Below, one piece after another: positions 12,706 through 24,499 of a stretch of DNA of 64,000 nucleotides (the first letter of the stretch is position 1; each line of letters starts with the position of its first letter). The notes under the pieces were generated by a model. The model had not been told where the DNA came from. It saw only the letters and a program-made list of their open reading frames with translations, and ran no database searches. Position numbers and translations under genes: made by a program. This stretch comes from Cetorhinus maximus (taxonomy: Eukaryota): contig NC_135901.1 in assembly GCF_964194155.1 (NCBI RefSeq), positions 22,382,001-22,446,000 of the forward strand, read 5' to 3'.

Positions 12706-13876
12706 ACTGACTTGGATGTATATCTCTGCTTCTTCATCATTGCTGGGTCAAAATCGTGTAACTACTCACCTAAAAGCTTCATGAGATCACCTTCATCACA
12801 CGGACCGCAGAGGTAAGAAGGTCAAACATCATCTTCTCCATGAGCAACTGGGCATTGGTAATATATGCTGCTGGCCTTTTAGTGATGTCCAAATCGCAAG
12901 AATAAATTTTTTAAAATATGTATATATTCCAAAAACAATACTCTTTTATATTGTACGGACAGCGTTTGTTTAATAACCAGATCTCCCCTATTATCTGCCT
13001 CCCTTGATAATTTCAGATTGAAATTGCTGGGTCCAACTGAGTTCCAAAATCCTCAGGGTTAAATCCAGCAGCTTCTCCTCCATTTCCCCTCCAGCTCAAA
13101 CTGATGCAAATAAGACTTTAAAAAGGGAATTGGATAAAAATCTAAGGAGAAAAAAAATTGCTGAAGAAAGGACAGGGGCGTGGGACTAGATGATCTGTCC
13201 TTGCAGAGAACCAGAACAAGCACAAAGGATCAAATGGCCTCCGTCTGTATTGTAATCATTCAATGATTCTCTGATTCTATTAAAAAGGACCAACACTGGA
13301 GGCTGAGGACCAACTTCTGAACCAATGCCTACCTGGCAACAAACTGGCTCATAATGTGTGTTTATAGACTCGGTTCTGTGAGCAATGCTTGCAATAAAAA
13401 GAACACAAAATACTGAAGCTGCTGGAAATCTGAAATAAAAAGAGCAAATGCTGGAAATACTCAATAGATCAGGCAGTATCTGTGGACAAAGCAAAATAGT
13501 TAATGTTTCAGGTTGTGCAGAATGAATAACGGGGAATAAAAATGATGTAGAATTTGGTGGTCAATATAAGCTTAGAAACGGAAATGAAATGGGCCAAAGT
13601 GCAGGAAAAGAGAATTTCTGACTGAAAAATATGGTAGGAAGATAAAGCTGGTAAGCAAAATATAAAATACCAAATAGAGCTAAAATACACCCAATACTGG
13701 AGGCAGAGGATGTTAGAGAATGGAAGAGAGGTGATCTGGAAGGGCAGAGGTGAAACAGAGCAATAGATGGATTCAGATCCACAGAACGGGAGCTGCACAG
13801 CCCGAGAGCCATGAAACTCTCACAGATAACAAAGTACAGCACTAAGAGTTCTAAATGGTAGCTGAATGGTCCAAAA

Positions 13877-13990
13877 TACTCACCTCTGAAACAATTTCAC
13901 TGTTTTCAATATTAAAATCTCCTGCTGGAGACTGCAGCTGGAAAGATATCAGAAGCACTGGAGTCAAAGAAAAATCTCCCAGTTGAGGAA
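13877..13990 (-). other. Putative upstream non-coding exon with 5' splice donor of the 10238 gene
   Basis: Reverse complement gaaattgtttcagag|GTGAGTA; the same donor occurs in the paralog at 33398-33420. Confidence 0.5.
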
Positions 13991-14084
13991 ATACCCAGGG
14001 AGTGGGGTGATGTCACTGAGCAATTGTCGATGTGTGATGACATCACAGACACGAACACTGAACATCTGGGTCTGTGCAAACCAG

Positions 14085-14305
14085 TGATCACCACATATTA
14101 TGAAGGATGTGAGGGTCCTTGAGAGGGTGAAGAGGAGATTTACCAGAATGGTTCCAGGGGTGTGAATTTTATTTGCAACGTTAGGTTGGAGAAACTGGGA
14201 CTGTTCTCCTTGGACCAAAGGGGATTGAGGGGAGATTTGATAGAGGTGTACAAGTTTATAATAGGTTTAGGTAAGGTGGATAAAGAAAAACTGTTCCCAT
14301 TATCT
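14085..14305 (+). mobile_element. CR1 fragment
   Basis: RLEKLGLFSLDQRGLRGDLIEVYK. Confidence 0.7.
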
Positions 14306-14324
14306 GATTGTGAAAAGGTTATCT

Positions 14325-14600
14325 ATCGCTCCCTCCGCGCCCTCCCCCCCCCCCTCCCCCCTCCCTCCCCTCGCCCCTTTACCGATTGCGGATCCGAGAA
14401 AGAAGCATCGCTCACTCTCGCCATTACCCTCACTGCGCATGCTTCTATCACAAGACGAGCCCCGCCCCACATTCACTCCGATTCGTTGGAAGACCGCACC
14501 AGCTCGGTCCTCCTGCCCCGCCCCTAGTTTCTATTGGTCCAGAGCAGCCGTCAATCACCCGGGCATTATGACGGTTTCAAACGCTGAGGGCGGCCACGGA
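14325..14600. promoter_or_regulatory. CpG-rich promoter-like region (GC box, CCAAT-type, NRF1-like)
   Basis: actgcgcatgc, gccccgcccc, ctattgg; paralogous to 28755-28870. Confidence 0.5.
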
Positions 14601-14700
14601 CTCAGCCTGACTTGCTGATTCTTGGCAGCATTTTCTGTTTGAGAATTAGAGCTAGAGATGGATGGTCAGTTCCCCTCTGTCCCCGGGGGGATTCACACTC

Positions 14701-14907
14701 ATTTCCCCAGTGCAGTGATTATCACGTTTACTTTACATGAGAAAGTCCCCGGTTCAATCCCGTCTCTGAAGAAGTCATAGGACACGAAACGTAAACTCTC
14801 ATTCTCTCCCCACAGATACTGTTAGACCTGCTGAGTTTTTCCTTCGTTTTCTGTTTCAGATTTCCAGCATCCGCAGTATTTTGCTTTTATCAATCCCGGC
14901 TGGAAGC
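14701..14907 (+). pseudogene. tRNA-Val(TAC)-like relic interrupted by a Penelope-derived short repeat
   Basis: atttccccagtgcagtgattatcacgtttactttacatgagaaagtccccggttcaatcccg...gctggaagc resembles vertebrate tRNA-Val; insert 14763-14889 flanked by tcaatcccg twice. Confidence 0.7.
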
Positions 14908-15039
14908 TTTGTGTTTAACATTGTTAATGGTGAGGAATTAAAAATGAGTTTAGTTTCATGTTGTCTCATTCTTTAAACGTTCTTTCTTCACCTTTAAACA
15001 GGTAACGGAAAGTGAGAGTAAACTGATCCACAGCGACCC

Positions 15040-15830
15040 AAAAACAAGACGCTGGAAATCCGACCTCAAAACAGAAAATGTTGGAAACACTCAGCAAACA
15101 ATGGAGAGGGAAACAGAGCGAATTTTTCAGGTCACTGAACTTTTATCCAAACTGGGAGAACTATGTTTACCAACAAGTACATAGTCGGAGATAAGAGAAG
15201 CAGAGAGCAGGAAAGAAAAACGGTCCTGTGATAGGATGGAAAGCTGGAGATTAAATGACAAAGGGGATGATGGTGCAAGGCAAAATTGGGCGATAATGAT
15301 ATAAGCAAACAAACCAATGGAACAAGTGAACAAATAAAAGACAAGTCCAGAGGAAGTAAAAATCGTAACAGCAGAACAATTAGCATCAGCTACTGTGCGG
15401 AAAAAAGGGAGCAGTGGTTATGATATGAAATTGTTAAAATGAATGTTGAGTCCAGAAGGTCGTGAAGTGGCCAATCAATAACAAGGTGCTGTTCCTCGAG
15501 TTTCCTTTGAGGTTTATTAGAAGAGTGCAGGAGGCTGAGGGCAGAGGTCAGACCTGAAGTGAGGTGGCGAATTAAAATAGTAAATGACCGGAAGGTCACA
15601 GACTCACAGACTGGTGATGTTCTACAAAGCAATCATCCAATCCAGATTTAGTCTCCTCAGTGTAGAGGAGACCGCATTATGAGCAGGTAACACAATACTA
15701 AATTACAAGAAGACATAATAAATCACTGTGCCACTTGGAAAGTGTGTTTGGGGTCCTGGAATGTAAGAAGTGGGAGGTGAAAGTGTGGGTGCTGCATCTG
15801 CTGTGTTTGCATAGAAATGATTCACACTGA
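15040..15830 (-). mobile_element. Penelope-like element remnant (terminal repeat plus GIY-YIG 3' region)
   Basis: Minus KPQRKLEEQHLV remnant similar to the 51000-51320 region; terminal-repeat sequence at 15040-15150. Confidence 0.6.
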
Positions 15831-16329
15831 TGTTCATAAGAGCACAAGAAATAGGAGCAGGTGTAGACCATACAGCCCCTTGAGCCTCTGAACCATTAAA
15901 TGATTAACCTTAGCCCCACTTTCCCACCCTATCCCCAAATATATTGATTCCCCGAGTATCCAAATCTTCATGGATTTGCATTTTGAATATACTCAAAGTG
16001 GAGAATGATAGATTCAATTCATTTTTAATCTGGAAAATGCATACAGAAGGTGCACATGAATCGCAAGTGCTCCCTATCACTGCTTGGCAATCATATTAAC
16101 TGAACTTTCATCTGGCTTATGTCACCCCACTGAAATCCTGTCTTTCTCTGACATGTTATTCTTCATATCATAACTGATGGATCAAGAGTTAAACAGCCCA
16201 CCATCCCACTGTAAGGGGAAGAGGCAACTTTGTGGATGCTCCATAATGTTACAGACTGGCTCGTTGGATCTGCTCATTCCATCCTATCTTATATTCAGCT
16301 AAGGATTAAAAGGCTGCAACATACAGGCA

Positions 16330-16620
16330 TTTGGGGACAATAGTGAGTTTACTGCTCAGGTTAGCTTCATATATAAAATGGATCTGGAAGAACTGGAGAA
16401 GATGCAAGGCAAAATTACTAGAATGATGCCAGAACTGGCAGGTTACACCCAACAAGAAAAATTGGATAGGCTGTAAATGGTTTCTCTGGAAAAGAGAGTA
16501 AAGGATGACCTGAACATTTAAGATTATGAAAGGGTTTGATAGGGTAGACAAGTGAGAGATGTTTCCAGTTACGGACAGATGACAATAAATATCAGTTTGT
16601 CACTGATAAATCTAAGTACA
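16330..16620 (+). mobile_element. Old CR1 fragment
   Basis: ctggagaagatgcaagg...aagattatgaaagggtttgatagggtaga. Confidence 0.55.
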
Positions 16621-16634
16621 GTTCTAGAGCAACC

Positions 16635-16848
16635 AGAGATAAAAACAGAAACTGCTGGAAATACTCACAATATCAGTGGAAGGAGAAAGGGAGTTAATAC
16701 TTCAGGTCTGTGCAGTTCTGATGAAAGCTCATCTGCCTGAAATGTAAACTCTGTTTCTCTCTCCACAGATGCTATCAGATCTACAGAGTATTTCCAGAAT
16801 TTTCTAATGTTAATTCAAAGCTGATGCATCCACAGTATTTTGCTTTTC
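16635..16848. repeat. Inverted pair of Penelope terminal-repeat-derived short repeats with a hammerhead-like core
   Basis: agtt-CTGATGA-aagctcatctgcct-GAAA-tg-ta-aact at 16714-16750. Confidence 0.6.
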
Positions 16849-16849
16849 T

Positions 16850-17260
16850 TTAACTGGAGAACGCTAAGAACGTGGAACTTATTACCAGGAGCATTTGGGA
16901 TTCGTGTCTGAGCTGGAAACTCATAGGTAAAATCCCCCCGTGGAGATAAGATACTTTGCCATATGAATGTGGAAATGGATTCACTCAGTCATCCCATTTA
17001 CTGACACAACAGCACAGTCACACCGGAGGGAGACCACTCAGACACTTCCCGTGTGTGAAGGGATTTGCTCAGTTAAGCCACTGGTTAACATTCCAGCTTT
17101 AAAACCTAAAGGCACTTTCATGTCAGTGCTTTCATGTTGGTGAGGGGCAGTTTAACTATTCTGTCTATGGGGGAAAAAGCACTTTTATACCTCACCTGCT
17201 GAGACCCCGGTGAGTTCACACCTAACTGTAGGTGTTTGTTCTGCTTTTAATCACACCCAG
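16850..17260 (+). pseudogene. Highly decayed ZNF relic upstream of a promoter
   Basis: gaatgtggaaatggattcactcagtcatcccatttactgacacaacagc ([16 protein letters not shown]); paralogs at 47100-47480 and 51695-52060. Confidence 0.6.
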
Positions 17261-17399
17261 TACAAAACTATGTTAGAGGGCCTGTGGTCTTTAGTTGCTG
17301 CATCAATTAATTTAATACATTGGTATCGTGGCCCAATGGCTCCAATCGTAATCGAATCGCACAACTTTATGTTCCATCAACTATCGATCTTCAATGGCA

Positions 17400-17800
17400 A
17401 GGATCTTACCCAGCATTCGCTGCGAGTATGAATGTGCTCTGTCCTCATTACAGGGGCTCCTCGCGCCTTACGATCCGAGCATGCGCAGTGCGGCTGTCAC
17501 TGGAACTGCAAGGAACGGATAGGAAGTGATCGAGTGCAGTTGAGTAATGGAGCTGGTGGCTGGGTGAGGAGGATTAGAACCATCGATGTGGGCGGGGATG
17601 CTTCATAAGTACTCAGTGTAGACCTGAAGCCCGAAATAAAAACTTATCGATCCCGCCTTGGCACCGAACGGAGTATAAGCAATGGGACTCCTCCTGCTCG
17701 TAGGCCTGGTTTGCCGGCCGCCATCTTTGTGGGGGGCAATGTGCAGCACTGCGTGTGCGCGCCCGCTTATTTATTGGGGGTGATCCTGGACCAGGAGCAG
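17400..17800 (+). promoter_or_regulatory. CpG-rich promoter, probably of the 20954 ZNF gene
   Basis: gcatgcgca (NRF1-like), ggaagtga (ETS-like), gccgccatcttt (YY1); paralog of 52200-52600. Confidence 0.55.
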
Positions 17801-17819
17801 AGGAAGGGTTGCCATCCCA

Positions 17820-18415
17820 TCACAGATTCACAGAATTGTTACGGCACAAAGGAGGCCATTCAGCCCATCATGTCTGTACCGGCTCTCAAAATGAGCTTTA
17901 CAACAGTGCCATTCTCCTTTTCCCTGTACCCTTGCATATTGTTTCTATTTAAATAATCATCCAATGTCCTCTTGAATGCCTCAATTGAAGCTGTCTCCAC
18001 CACACTTCCAGGCAGTGCATTCCAGACTCGAACCACTCACTGTGTGAAAAAGTTTTTTTTCTCACATCACATTTGCCTTTTTTAGCAAATCACTTTAAAT
18101 CTTTGCCGTCTTGTTCTCCATTGTTTTCCGAGCAGGAACAGTTTCTCCCTTTCTACTCTATCCAACCCCCTCATGAGTTTGAGCATCTCTATCAAAACTC
18201 CTCTTAGCCTTCTCCTCTCCAAGGAGAACAGTCCCAACCTCTCCAATCTATCTTCATAACTGAAGTTTCTCATCCCTGGAACCATTCTTGTAAACCTCTT
18301 CCACACACTCTCCAATGCGTTCATTTCGTTCCTATCGTGTGATGCCCAGAACTGTACACAATACTCCAGCTGAAGTCTAACTAGTGTCTTATATAAGTTC
18401 AGCATAACCTCCTTG
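17820..18415 (-). mobile_element. CR1 3' fragment
   Basis: KTLVRLQLEYCVQFW..SYEDRLERLGLFSLERRRLRG. Confidence 0.8.
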
Positions 18416-18734
18416 GAGTCTCCAGGAATTGAAGATGAATCCCCAGGACACTGCCGTGTGCAACCCTGGAGAAAAATCATCAGGACATTAAAAAATATAT
18501 TTTTTTGTAATTTTCTTTGAACATTTCTCTTTAACAGATATAAAAATATTGAAAATTGGATAAAGGCTGTTTGGCTGACAGTCAATCATCATCCAATTGG
18601 ATAATGAGACTTTTTGATTTCCAATTAGTGTGTGAGGCTGTGTGTAAAGGATGGATGTGTGGGGGCAGGTCATGTGATTAAACCTCCAGGGATACATTTA
18701 ATCAGAGTTGTAACCCTAGAGGAGAGAATGCTGT

Positions 18735-18985
18735 GAATTTCTATCCTGGACTGACGGTGATGATTTCTGTAAACTTACAGGGTACTGGAAGTGAAGGATT
18801 GACAAACAGGAAATTCAAACCAAACATCACATCAAGATCTGACAGAGGCACTCACGTCATCAGAACCTGAATATCAGCAGCATCTGAATGTGGAAGGTAA
18901 AAGGTTTGTTCCCTCTGTGGGAGAAGATGTCAGGTATCAATGTGACTGGAAAAGCACTGAGACACACAAACCCTGGTGAGAGCAC
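18735..18985 (+). pseudogene. Truncated ZNF acceptor/leader module
   Basis: aaacttacag|ggtactggaag...caaaccaaacatcacatcaagatctgacagag...gtgactggaaaagcac. Confidence 0.65.
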
Positions 18986-19119
18986 ACCTGGAGAATTACG
19001 TTCAGTTCTGAGCAACAAACAACAGGAAGGATAGAATGGACTTGGAGGGAGTGTAACACATTTACCTGAGTGATATCTGAACTCCATGGTTTAAATTACA
19101 AGGTGAGATTACACAAAAG

Positions 19120-19995
19120 AGTCAGAGAGTTATTATGGCATAGAGGAGGCCATTAGGCCCATTGAGTCCATGCCAGGTCTCTACTGCAATCCAGTCAGTC
19201 CCATTCCCCTGCTCTATCCCTGTATCCTTGCAGGTTTATTTCCCTCAAGTGCCTATCCAATTTACTTTTGAGATCATTCATCATGTCCATTTCCACCACC
19301 CTCATAGGCAGCAAGTTCCAGCTCATTACACTCACTGTGTAAAAATGTTTTCCCTCAGAAGCCCCTCAATCTCTTACTCAAATCCTTAAATCCGTGTCCA
19401 TGAGTCCTTGAGTGATCAGCTGATGGGAATAGCCTTTCTTATTCTACCTTATCTAAACCTGTCATAATCTTGTACACCTCTATCAATCTCCCCTCAACCT
19501 CCTTTGCAGGAACCATTCTGGTAAATCTCCTCTGCACTTTTCTCAATGACCTTCACATCCTTCCTAAAGTGAGGTGACCAGAACTGGATGCAATTCTCAA
19601 ATTGTGGCTTAACCAGAACTTTATAAAGATTCAGCATAACTTCCCTGTTTGTGTACTCAACGCCACTATTCATGGAGCTCAAGATCCAATTTATTTTAAC
19701 CAGCTACTCTCTTAATATGTCCTGTCACCTTCAAAGATCTCTGCACATGAACCCGCAGGTCCCTCTGTCCCTGCTCACTCTTTAGAACTGTGCCTTTCAT
19801 TATATATTGACTCTCTCTATCCATTCTGCCAGAACACATCACTCACTGTGAGGATCGTGATCCCTGAATTTAGAAGATTAAGAGGTGATTGGATCAAAGT
19901 TTTCAGTATATTAATTGTAACTGTCAGGGTGGATAGAGAGGAACTATTTCCACTGGTTGGGGAATCTAGGACGAGTGAGCGGAGTCTAAACATAG
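19120..19995. mobile_element. CR1 fragments (19120-19830 minus; 19850-19995 plus)
   Basis: Minus REVMLNLYKVLVKPQFENCIQFWSPH; plus EFRRLRGDWIKVF..LFPLVGESRT. Confidence 0.7.
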
Positions 19996-20059
19996 AATCA
20001 GGTTCCAGCACCTTTTCAGGTAGACAGTTCCCAATCCTGACAATCCTGATCCTGTTGGT

Positions 20060-20440
20060 GTAGAAACTGCTGAACTCGATATTGAGTCTGGAAGGTTATA
20101 AAGTGCCGAATCGAAAGATGAGCTGCTGTTCCTCGAGCTCCCACTGAGCTTCATTGGAACAGTTCAGGAGGCCAAGGAGAGAGAGGTCAGAGTGGGAGTG
20201 GGGCGGAGAATTAAAATGACAAATGACCGGAAGTTCAGGGTCAAGGTCACAGACAAAATGGAGGTTGTTCCAAAAAGTGATCACCCTCATTGTCGAGCAG
20301 ATCACTTCGTGAGCAGTGAAGACAATAACTAAATTGCAAGAAGTACAAGCAAATTTCTGTTTGGTTTCGTCTTGCAAAACCTTGAGAATAGCCCAAAGAA
20401 AGATACTTGCTTTTAAGAACAAAGGTTACAAAACAAAGCC
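20060..20440 (-). mobile_element. Penelope GIY-YIG remnant
   Basis: KFACTSCNLV..PELPVICHFNSPPHSHSDLSLLGLLNCSNEAQWELEEQQLIFRFGTL. Confidence 0.7.
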
Positions 20441-20953
20441 TCTTCCCAGTGTGAACTCGCTGGTGTGTCTTGGACGTGATGGTTTTCCCATGCACCAGCC
20501 GCTCTTGCTCTTCTAGAAGATGGGGTGCTGGGTTTGGGACATGATGTCAAAATTTTCATGTATCAAGTCCATTTCCGTTGCCCACTCCTCCACCTCTCTC
20601 TCTTTCTCCTCCCATAGAGGCCAGGCTCTTGTGTAGCTCCAGCCCACCTGGCAGGTTCCGTTCCCTGAAGGACATTAGTGAACCAGTTGGGTTTTTATGA
20701 CAATCCAGCAGTTTTCATGGTCACTTTTCCCTGGTGCCGGCCCCACAAATGACCAGATTCATTCAGCTCAATTTCACAACCTGCCCTTGTGTTTTTGTGG
20801 GTTCTCTCTCACTCCCTTTTATCTATTTTAAATCAATTTCACAGGGTATTAGAAGGGGAGGATTTGCAGTCGGGAAACTGAAACCAAACATCACATCAGA
20901 ATCTGATGGAGTCTCCCAATTTATCAGGACGGGAATGTCATCAGCCTTGAAAC

Positions 20954-21991
20954 ATGGAAGGAAAAAGCACCGTTCACTCTGGTGAGAAACCCTATAAATG
21001 TGGGGACTGTGGGAAGGGGTTCAATTACTTGTCTCGGTTGGAAACGCATCGGCGCAGTCACACTGGGGAGCGGCCGTTTACCTGCTCTGCGTGTGGGAAG
21101 GGATTCACTCAGTCATCCAACCTGCTGCAACACCAACGAGTTTACACTGGGGAGAGGCCATTAAGGTGCTCTCACTGCGGGACTCGCTTCAGGCGATCGG
21201 GTGACCTCACCACACACCAGCAAGTTCACACCAGGGAGAGGTTGTTCACCTGCTCCGTGTGTGGGCAGGGATTCAATCATTTTTCTGTCCTGTGGACACA
21301 CCAAAGAGTTCACACTGACGAGGGAGAGTTTAAATGCTGTAACTGTGAAAAGAGCTTTAAAAGCCCACGTTCACTGAAGGAACACCAGCACATTCACACC
21401 GGTTCCATGCCGTTCAGCTGCTCTGAGTGTGGGAAGAGGTTCAGGGGATCCTCCACCCTGCTGAAACACCAATGCACTCACATTGGGGAGAGGCCGTTCA
21501 GCTGCTCCGAGTGTGGGAAGGGATTCACTCCGTCATCCAATCTGTTGAGGCATTGGCACGTTCACTCAGTCGAGAGACCTTTTAAATGTCCAGACTGTGG
21601 GAAGTGCTTTAAAAGGTCTGAGAAACTGATGTCCCATCAATGTGTTCACACTGACGAGAGACCGTTCACGTGCTCTCACTGCGGGATGGGGTTCAGGCGA
21701 GCAGGCGACCTCACTGCACACCAGCGAGTTCACACTGGGGAGAGGCTGTTCACCTGCTCGGAGTGTGGGAAGGGATTCACTCGTTTATCTCATCTCACTA
21801 CACTTCACCTTGTTCACACAGATACGAGACCTTTTCAATGTTCTGACTGTGAGAAGCACTTTAAAAGCAGAAATGATCTGATGAAATATCAGCAAATTCA
21901 CACTGGGGAGAGGCCGTTCACCTGCTCTGTGTGTGAGAAGAGATTCACTTGTTCATTCAACCTGCTGAAACATCAGCGAATTCACAGGTGA
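20954..21991 (+). CDS. C2H2 zinc-finger protein, 12 finger repeats (3 degenerate), 345 aa, MEGKSTVH type
   Basis: Open ORF; acceptor tttcacag ending 20844; aacATGg; family 3' UTR follows. Confidence 0.85.
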   Translation: MEGKSTVHSGEKPYKCGDCGKGFNYLSRLETHRRSHTGERPFTCSACGKGFTQSSNLLQHQRVYTGERPLRCSHCGTRFRRSGDLTTHQQVHTRERLFTCSVCGQGFNHFSVLWTHQRVHTDEGEFKCCNCEKSFKSPRSLKEHQHIHTGSMPFSCSECGKRFRGSSTLLKHQCTHIGERPFSCSECGKGFTPSSNLLRHWHVHSVERPFKCPDCGKCFKRSEKLMSHQCVHTDERPFTCSHCGMGFRRAGDLTAHQRVHTGERLFTCSECGKGFTRLSHLTTLHLVHTDTRPFQCSDCEKHFKSRNDLMKYQQIHTGERPFTCSVCEKRFTCSFNLLKHQRIHR

Positions 21992-23227
21992 TTACAGGGG
22001 TTGGATTCTGCTGTTGTTGCTGCTGTTAATCACACCTGGACTAAACCATGTCCATTCTGACAGTTGGGGTTGATCTCTAATGTCAGTTGCCCAGTTTAGG
22101 CTTAGCGTGTACCCACACCGTCTCTCAATCCTATGTGAATAAACTATCATATCCTCAAACCTCGTTTTCAATGTAAATCACTCAGAAACTGTCTTGAACT
22201 AAAGATGAACAATAAACAGATCACAGTGCAGTCCTGCAGCTCTATATTGATGGGAGAAAGTCTGTTCTGTAACTCGAGGATGAGGCTCGGTAAGCTCTGA
22301 ATGTTTGTAATCACAAGTAGGCTCGAGCTGTTTGTGAGACGGGCTGATCAAAGCTGTTAACTTGTCAGATATTGAAGGAATTACTCTGAAAATAAACTCA
22401 CCAATTGATAACCTCAGACTCTGCTCCCTGCTGTAATGAATACTCAACAATGTGGTAAATTAGCTAAAACCAATGGAGTTAGCTCTTGTCACATTCTTGA
22501 CAAATTATAGACCAATTAGCCATTTCCAACAACTTGGCTAAGGTGGGCTTACAACATCTTTTAAGTGTAAAAATGAAGGTTTCGAGAAGCCATTTTGTTG
22601 GCATGTTATCTGTGTATCGAATGATGGAGGGTTACCCTCACTTCACATTTTCGGCCTGATCAACCGAGGAACATTGAGAAGTCTGTTTAATTGTTAAAGT
22701 TAAACATTCTCCTCTTACTGTTAACTGAAACTTTGAATTAATCTTTCTAACTTGTTACCTTTCCACCTTTTAATGGTTAATACATCTTTTGAAATGACCA
22801 TTTAAAGTGTTCATTCCTGCCAGATGGTTGAGTCCTGTAGAACCTGATGATTTCATTCACGATTGGGGATTTATTGCAAACAACCTGTACCCCATAAATC
22901 AATTTAGAATCCCGAAGAAAAGATTGAAAATCCCATTCTGTTCGAGACAGACTCCTTAACAAGTTCTTTAATGAGATTAAATTGGTTCATTGGTGGTTAA
23001 TCAGATGGTTAATTGGTGGTGAGTTAATTAGCGCTTTGAAAATCACAAACTGTCTCAGAGGCAGCGGATCCAGTGCCTCTGACCAGGAAAGTAATTTTCA
23101 AGTCGCACAAGTCCCAGTTCCCACCCTCGTCAGGAAGTGAAAATCCAACCCCAGCTCTCAAAATGAACATAGTTCAAACCTGGATGTGATTCACAGCAGC
23201 AATAACAGCAGAATCCAACCCTTGTTG

Positions 23228-23818
23228 TCAAATGTGAAACTTCTGGTGTCTCTTCAGGTTAGATGAAAAAGTGAATCTCTTCCTACAGACAGGGCAGTTG
23301 AAAGGCCTCTCCCCAGTGTGAACTCGTTGGTGTCTGTGCAGGTTATGCGTCCGAGTGAATCTCTTCCCACACACACAACAGGTGAATAGCCTCTCCCCAG
23401 TGTGAACTTGCTGGTGTTTCAGCAAATTTATTGGTCCTTTGAAACTCGTCTCACAGTCAGAGCATTTAAACAATCTCTGATCACTGTGAACAAGTTGATG
23501 TGTCAGCAGAGCAGATGACTGAGTGAAGCCTTTCCCACACACAGAGCAGGTGAACGGCCTCTCCCCAGTGTGAACCCGCTGGTGGGTCCCCAGGTTAGAT
23601 GAGCTCATGAAAATCTTCCCGCGTACGGAACAGCTGAACGGCCTCACCCCACTGTGAACACGCTGGTGTGTCAGACGATTTGATAACTGCGTGAAACCCT
23701 TCCCACAATCTATGCAGGCGAACGGCCTCTCCCCAGTGTGAATACGCCGATGAATTTCCAGCTGGGATGGGGAAATGAATCCAGCTCCACAGTCGCCACA
23801 TTTCCACGGTTTCTCCGT
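23228..23818 (-). CDS. C2H2 ZNF array, 7 repeats (1 degenerate); family ATG replaced by ACG, so status is uncertain
   Basis: Open frame [11 protein letters not shown]...HQKFHI*; acceptor near 24167; convergent with the 20954 gene. Confidence 0.6.
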   Translation of the reverse strand, partial: TEKPWKCGDCGAGFISPSQLEIHRRIHTGERPFACIDCGKGFTQLSNRLTHQRVHSGVRPFSCSVRGKIFMSSSNLGTHQRVHTGERPFTCSVCGKGFTQSSALLTHQLVHSDQRLFKCSDCETSFKGPINLLKHQQVHTGERLFTCCVCGKRFTRTHNLHRHQRVHTGERPFNCPVCRKRFTFSSNLKRHQKFHI

Positions 23819-24499
23819 GGTGCGGGTCTCCTTGTGTCTCTCCAGGTTGGATCCTTGTCCAAACACACAGACACATGTACGGCTTCTCCCCACTGTAAAT
23901 GCTGTAATTTTTTCAGGTTGCGTAACTAGCTAAAGCTCTTTGCATAGTCAGTGCACTGGAACACTCTCACCGGTGTGAGTGTGTCTCGGTGCTTTTCCAG
24001 TCATATAGATGAGTGATTTTTTTTTTCTACAGTCAGAATAGGCAAATATTTCTCCTTCCACATTCAAAGGCTGATAATATTCAGCTCCTGTTGAATCAAG
24101 TGACTGTTAGATCTTGATGTGATGTTTTGTTTGAGTTACCAGTCTATAAATTCTCCCTTCTGATGCCCTGTAAGCAGAGGTTTCAAAAGTCCTCATTGTA
24201 AAGCACAGCATAGAAATTCAGAACAGTTAATTTTAGTTTCAAAGAAACATTTTTTCCTCTCTTGTTCCCCCAAAGCTGTAAATCCCCGTCCCACACACTC
24301 TCCCTCCTCCCTGGGCTGAAATTCAAATAAAGTGTTGGATAATTCTCTGTATCCTTTTAATAAATTCTACAACTGGAGATTATGTTTTTCAAGGGGCCAT
24401 TTGTGAACAGTTTCCCAAACACAGATCAGATTCCTCATTGATTTGAGCCCAAAGTGTAACCTCTTATTTATTGTCCCCCCTCCCCCATCCTCTGATGTG

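Noticed and set aside
13884-14218. KRAB or other effector exon upstream of the 10238 gene
   Set aside because: No KRAB-like motif in the minus-strand translations; the ORFs here overlap an antisense CR1 fragment
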